From the NCBI GenBank assembly GCA_965153285.1, contig OZ229129.1: a DNA stretch of 64,000 bases, one strand, 5' to 3'. This document shows positions 61,001 through 64,000 of this stretch, in pieces. The notes beneath the pieces are model-generated. The model was not told the DNA's origin, did not search any database, and was given only the letters and a program-made list of their open reading frames with translations. Each line of letters opens with the position of its first letter. Positions within the stretch are counted from its first letter, which is position 1. The stretch is from Podarcis tiliguerta. Its lineage: Eukaryota. The position numbers and the translations under genes were made by a program.

Positions 61001-62631
61001 AGATATCCTTTTGCTTTCAAGGCAGGTTTCAACAGTTTTAAACATACTGTATTCCAGAGTTTATTTATTTAATTTATAACCTACTGTTTCTCCCTAAGGA
61101 GCTCAAGGTGGCATACATGGTTCTGCCTCCCTCTTTTCTTTTCTTTTTAATATTTACAATTAAAGCAGCTTAAAGAGAACACCTCACTGGGCAAGCAACA
61201 GCAAGAGGAACACACATCAGGCTGGTACAATAAAATTAGAAGACTGAACATACTTTTGTCCATGTTTTTCCTTATTGGCATATGTAATCATACCAGACCT
61301 CTCTGCAAATTTATCCTTTTTACTTGGTGACCTGGAAGTGCGTAGTTTGTTGATCAGCTTTTATAGTAAAGCCACTTCCCAAACTTTTGAATGCCAAAGT
61401 ATTGGCTCCTTTCAGGTCTCTCTAGAAATGAGCCGTTGTGGCCCTAGTGGACCTGACTATCCTTCGGGCAGAGGACAGGATTTACTCCTCTCTATCTCTT
61501 TCCACAGCAAGAAATCAACAGGAAGAAGCGTTTTGCCTTCACATCCCAAACATGTCTTGCAAAAAACTTGGCACTGGCCAGCAGAGAAGGAGGCCAGCCC
61601 CAGAAGGGACAGAAGGATGGGATGTTGAAGACCACCCTTTTCCGACGGCTGATGATGGCCGTGATTCCCTGGGCTGGGAGCCTGGTCCAGGACTGGGCCC
61701 AGCGCCTCAAGACAGAAGCTGCTCATAGGTCTAAAGGTCCGACCACCAGCAACTTCTGAGCAGATTCTTCTTCTTCTGTATTTGATTGAAGTGTGTGTGT
61801 GTGTGCACAAGTGAATGTTGAATACATGATGGTTAAGCCCTTTCTTGGGAAAGCTTAACTTCACGCACATAGCAAAACATTTCAGATCAAGGGGACAGAG
61901 TGACTCCCCTATAATTTGGATGTTGTTGTTTTTTAGAGAAAAGGTATATACAAGGCAACATGATAGAAGTTTATAAAGTGATGCACAGCGTGGAGAAAGT
62001 GGAGAGAGAAAAGTTATTCACCCTCTCACAGTGCTAGCACTCAGACATCCAATGAAGCTGAATGTTTGAAGATTGAGGACAGATAAAGTCCTTCTTCATG
62101 CAGTGCAGACTTAAACTGTGGAGTTTACTCCCAGATGAGGCAACCTGGATGGCTTTAAAGGATTGGACAGATTCATGGAGGAGAGGGCTTTCGATGGCTA
62201 CTAGCCAGGGTGGCTGTTCTTTGCCTCCACTGACAGAACAGTGGGCCTTTGAATATCAGGTGCTTGAAGTCACAGGAGCAGAGAGGGCTCCTGTGCTCAA
62301 CTCCTGCTTGTGGGCTTCCCATAGGGCGGTGTGGGTGGCCATTGTGAGAACAACAGGCTGGACTAGATGGGCCACTGGCCAGGTGCAGCAAGCTCTTATG
62401 TTCTTAATTTTTTTTTTTTATCCCTACAGACATAATATTTCAGTTTGAGCAATGAGAAGCATGGCATGAAGAGAGGAGGAGAATATACAAAGTGTTTTTT
62501 TCTTTTTGGCTCAAGGTTCTGGTCCTGTTGATGGACTCTCACTTTTTTCTTTCTTTCCAGTGGAATTAATCTCCAAGCAGCTGCAGGCTGCCTGCCTCAC
62601 AAGCACACCCCTCTTCACCCTCTTCATCCAG
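39909..62631 (+). CDS. SNAPC4: snRNA-activating protein complex subunit 4 (SNAP190), 5' part; 18 coding exons, 776 codons, gene continues past the window
   Basis: N-terminus MDVEAEREKIRWEIEELER, ETCLHMNMVYQEVIQEK, GHFMKPYFKD, GPPAN.DTREKA, tandem Myb repeats (EWNEEE, EWSPEEDQ, AWTPEEDA, KWSEEEE, HWAKIASELPHRSG.QC), DLWVP and STPLFTLF match vertebrate SNAPC4 as I recall it. All exon phases join without stops. Confidence 0.96.
41019..41059 (+). CDS. SNAPC4: SNAPC4 coding exon 2
   Basis: CCTGTCAG acceptor; DDLDDDDSDTHDNM; GC donor GCAAGT gives the phase needed for the next exon. Confidence 0.75.
43245..43412 (+). CDS. SNAPC4: SNAPC4 coding exon 3
   Basis: EVDLDG...ETCLHMNMVYQEVIQEKIEEITLWLAQNREQQ; AG/GT boundaries. 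Confidence 0.92.
43560..43935 (+). mobile_element. CR1 LINE 3' fragment
   Basis: WSPHLKKNIAELEKLQK-like and GDMIEVYK-like CR1 RT C-terminal motifs, degenerate. Confidence 0.7.
44674..44799 (+). CDS. SNAPC4: SNAPC4 coding exon 4
   Basis: EKLTWELAG...GHFMKPYFKDVTSGF; donor GTAAGT. Confidence 0.93.
44905..45370 (-). mobile_element. Cluster of squamate tRNA-derived SINE fragments (Squam3-like)
   Basis: Repeated ACAACAACCCTGTGAGGTAGG and ATTTGAACCC (reverse B-box) units. Confidence 0.6.
45978..46210. mobile_element. Tc1/mariner-like MITE fragment
   Basis: TACAGTCGTACCTCGGGTT terminus followed by a CpG-rich internal palindrome. Confidence 0.6.
46355..46433 (+). CDS. SNAPC4: SNAPC4 coding exon 5
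   Basis: GPPANSDTREKAKQGIKSFAELLTIK; donor GTAAGA. Confidence 0.93.
48229..48310 (+). CDS. SNAPC4: SNAPC4 coding exon 6
   Basis: WKSQEKLLLRQSVMSDQLQHLLQPKLLK; donor GTAAGT. Confidence 0.93.
49214..49318 (+). CDS. SNAPC4: SNAPC4 coding exon 7
   Basis: LDYLNEKRDK...QEIEDIN; donor GTAAGA. Confidence 0.92.
50248..50320 (+). CDS. SNAPC4: SNAPC4 coding exon 8
   Basis: QLPEGSLLGNRLDEHDWEKIANIN; donor GTGAGT. Confidence 0.93.
50490..50654 (+). CDS. SNAPC4: SNAPC4 coding exon 9 (Myb repeat)
   Basis: FEGTRNAKELRKYWQNFEHPSISKREWNEEE...WEAIALELG; donor GTGAGG. Confidence 0.94.
50848..51065. mobile_element. Tc1/mariner-like MITE
   Basis: GTGGTAGCTCGGGTTA ... TAACCTGAGGTACACTGTA, with internal TTCTTAACCTGA repeats. 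Confidence 0.65.
51094..51459 (+). mobile_element. Sauria SINE (Squam1), full length and young
   Basis: tRNA-like head with A box GGTGGCGCTGTGG and B box GGTTCGAATCC, (ACCTTT)2 tail, perfect 10-bp TSD TATGCCTACT (51084-51093, 51460-51469), CpG-rich. Confidence 0.9.
52039..52186 (+). CDS. SNAPC4: SNAPC4 coding exon 10 (Myb repeat)
   Basis: TQRTAFQCLQKFQ...EWSPEEDQILLQLVQEMRVGKHIPYRK; donor GTAAGT. Confidence 0.94.
52700..52806 (+). CDS. SNAPC4: SNAPC4 coding exon 11 (Myb repeat)
   Basis: IAYYMEGRDSAQLIYRWTKRVDPNLKRGAWTPEEDA; donor GTAAGG. Confidence 0.94.
53829..53923 (+). CDS. SNAPC4: SNAPC4 coding exon 12 (Myb repeat)
   Basis: VLLKAVAKYGAQDWYKIRMEVPGRNDIQCRDR; donor GTCAGT. Confidence 0.94.
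54101..54195 (+). CDS. SNAPC4: SNAPC4 coding exon 13 (Myb repeat)
   Basis: YLHALHCDIKKGKWSEEEEMKLIELTEKYGVG; donor GTAAGG. Confidence 0.94.
54390..56600 (-). mobile_element. Non-LTR retrotransposon fragment (end of an ORF1-like region plus APE endonuclease); clade not determined
   Basis: APE motifs LLSWNVAGW, VCLQETW, LTGDVNAR, SVVDYILV and SDHL in frameshifted ORFs 55479-55808 and 54957-55379. Confidence 0.8.
56984..57069 (+). CDS. SNAPC4: SNAPC4 coding exon 14 (Myb repeat end)
   Basis: HWAKIASELPHRSGTQCLSKWKVLLGYR; donor GTAAGT. Confidence 0.94.
58480..58911 (+). CDS. SNAPC4: SNAPC4 coding exon 15
   Basis: KKRRKPK basic patch, Ser/Glu-rich tract and VPSIDLWVP; 144 open codons; donor GTACGT. 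Confidence 0.88.
60325..60417 (+). CDS. SNAPC4: SNAPC4 coding exon 16
   Basis: Strong acceptor TTTGTTTGCAG; NPRRMKDSWRVSLAYVKCVLRRNSYELQRRN; donor GTAAGT. Confidence 0.85.
60488..60770 (+). mobile_element. Squam3-like SINE copies
   Basis: GGTTCAAATCC B-box motifs and a GGTGACCTTGGG...CAGCCTAACCTA body. Confidence 0.6.
61508..61736 (+). CDS. SNAPC4: SNAPC4 coding exon 17
   Basis: QEINRKKRF...LFRRLMMAVIPWAG. The donor GTCCGA at 61737 is weak and was chosen because it gives the phase needed for the next exon. Confidence 0.78.
61930..62200 (+). mobile_element. CR1 LINE 3' fragment
   Basis: GNMIEVYKVMHSVEKV and LWSLLP CR1-type motifs; similar to 43680-43935. Confidence 0.65.
62561..62631 (+). 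CDS. SNAPC4: SNAPC4 coding exon 18
   Basis: VELISKQLQAACLTSTPLFTLFIQ; AG/GT boundaries. Confidence 0.9.
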
Positions 62632-63143
62632 GTGTGTGTGTGTGGGGGGGGGGAGTTCTGTGGGAATGATGTGTGTATCACCAGAATTAGTTTAGTGGAG
62701 AGTCTGGTAATCAGCTAAGGCTCCTTGACGTGTTTTCTAGACATCTTCAGAGGAAAGACCACTATGGAATGACAGGGCACAGTTAGAATCATAGAATTGT
62801 AGAGTTGGCCGGAGGGTCATCTAGTTTAACCCCCTGCATTGCAGTAATCCTGCCCAGAGCAACCCTGGGTGGGCTTGAACTTACCAGCCTTCTGGTTTAA
62901 CAGGCAGGTGCACTAACCCATTGCACCACAAGATGTAGTCATTTCTACCAACTCGGATGGTGCTCAACCTTAGTCTATTTGCCTCACAGTGGCTACTAGC
63001 CACAATGACAATGAATTACCTCCACTGTTGGAGGCAGTAAATGTTTCTGAATTCCACTTTATGGGAATTGCAGGTGGGGAGCATTGCTGTTGTCCTTGGG
63101 TCCTGCTTGGGGGCTTCCCTTTGAGGTGTCTGGGTGGCCCCTG

Positions 63144-63676
63144 ATTCAGGTAGGTAGCCGTGTTGGTCTGATGCAGTCAAAATATATTAAAAAAGTAAAA
63201 AAAAAATGTCCAGTAGCACCCTAGCAACCAACTAAGTTTGTTCTGGGTATAAGTTTTCATGTGCATGCACACTTCTTCAGATACAGTGAAACAGAAGTCA
63301 CCAAACATATATAGTGGGAGGGCAGGGTGGGGTTTTTCTCAGAAGGGTAGTAGGAGATGCATTGACTCAATGGGTATTGGATTCCTGTCTCATTACATAT
63401 GCTAATCATCTGCATACTATCCCTTGCTTTTTCTTGTAGGATTCACTGCAATCATTAACAGTCACAGGTTTATCCTACCCATTGAGTCACTCACCCATCT
63501 CCTCCTACCCTTCTGAGAAAAACCCCACCCCACCCTCCCACTATATATAAGGGTCTGGTAACTTCTGTTTCAGTGTATCTGAAGAAGTGTGCATGCACAC
63601 AAAAGCTTATACCCAGAACCAAACTTAGTTGGTCTCTAAGGTGCTACTGGACAATTATTATTTTTTTAATATATTT
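63144..63676. mobile_element. Penelope-like element with inverted duplicated termini
   Basis: ~200-bp inverted arms containing CTGAAGAAGTGTGCATGCACAC...TAAGGTGCTACTGGAC. 13-bp TSD TGGGTGGCCCCTG at 63131-63143 and 63677-63689. The family assignment is from memory. Confidence 0.7.
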
Positions 63677-63842
63677 TGGGTGGCCCCTGTGAGGATAGGA
63701 TGCTGGACTAAATTGTGCTGATCCGGCAGCCATGCGCTGACTGTCCAGAGGCAGTCTATTTTGATTCCTAAGTTTTTAGGACGGTTCTGGACCAGATAGA
63801 TCACCCTTGGCCTAATCTCACAGCCAGACTCTTCTTAGGTCT

Positions 63843-63977
63843 TCTTCTTTGGAGGTCTTTAAGCAGAGGCTTGACAACCATATGTCAGGAGTGCTCTGAT
63901 GGTGTTTCCTGCTTGGCAGGGGGTTGGACTCGATGGCCCTTGTGGTCTCTTCCAACTCTATGATTCTATGATTCTAT
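63843..63977 (+). mobile_element. CR1 LINE extreme 3' end
   Basis: GCAGGGGGTTGGACT...TTCCAACTCTATGATTCTATGATTCTA, the canonical CR1 (ATTCTRTG)n tail. Confidence 0.8.
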
Positions 63978-64000
63978 TCTAGGTTTTATATATACTCACT

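Noticed and set aside
63983-64000. Possible next SNAPC4 exon after TTCTAG at the window end
   Set aside because: It is too short to judge, abuts a CR1 tail, and its translation (VLYILT) does not match the continuation I expect.
1-64000. CRISPR array or prokaryotic system
   Set aside because: The sequence is intron-containing vertebrate DNA. The repeats are kb-scale and degenerate, with no short identical repeat-spacer pattern and no cas-like ORFs.

Overview
Vertebrate genomic DNA from a squamate reptile, probably a lacertid lizard (inferred from the Sauria SINE, BovB/RTE, L2, CR1 and Penelope-type repeats). The right half (~37.3 kb to the end) is the 5' part of SNAPC4 (SNAP190, the Myb-repeat subunit of SNAPc) on the + strand. 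It has a CpG/CCAAT promoter at ~37.25-37.75 kb and 18 coding exons (39909-62631) that splice by hand into one uninterrupted 776-codon frame, including one GC-AG intron. The gene continues beyond the window. The left half (1 to ~27 kb, with remnants to ~35.4 kb) is a degenerate head-to-tail tandem array of a ~2.1-kb non-coding monomer. One anchor motif occurs 13 times and the array runs off the left edge. The monomer is a mosaic of transposon pieces: a hAT-type MITE with an 8-bp TSD, an RTE-like 5' segment, a TAGGGCTGGG hAT end, and a GC-rich palindromic block. It shows interspersed subfamilies, a gene-conversion tract and monomer-specific insertions. The last monomer is split by a nested stack: an L2 LINE containing an env-remnant ERV and an L1, and inside the L1 a BovB chimera that captured a piece of the array. 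Most short ORFs in the six-frame track are repeat noise. I found no RNA gene or CRISPR. Any function for the array (lncRNA, hairpin or piRNA source) is a hypothesis only.
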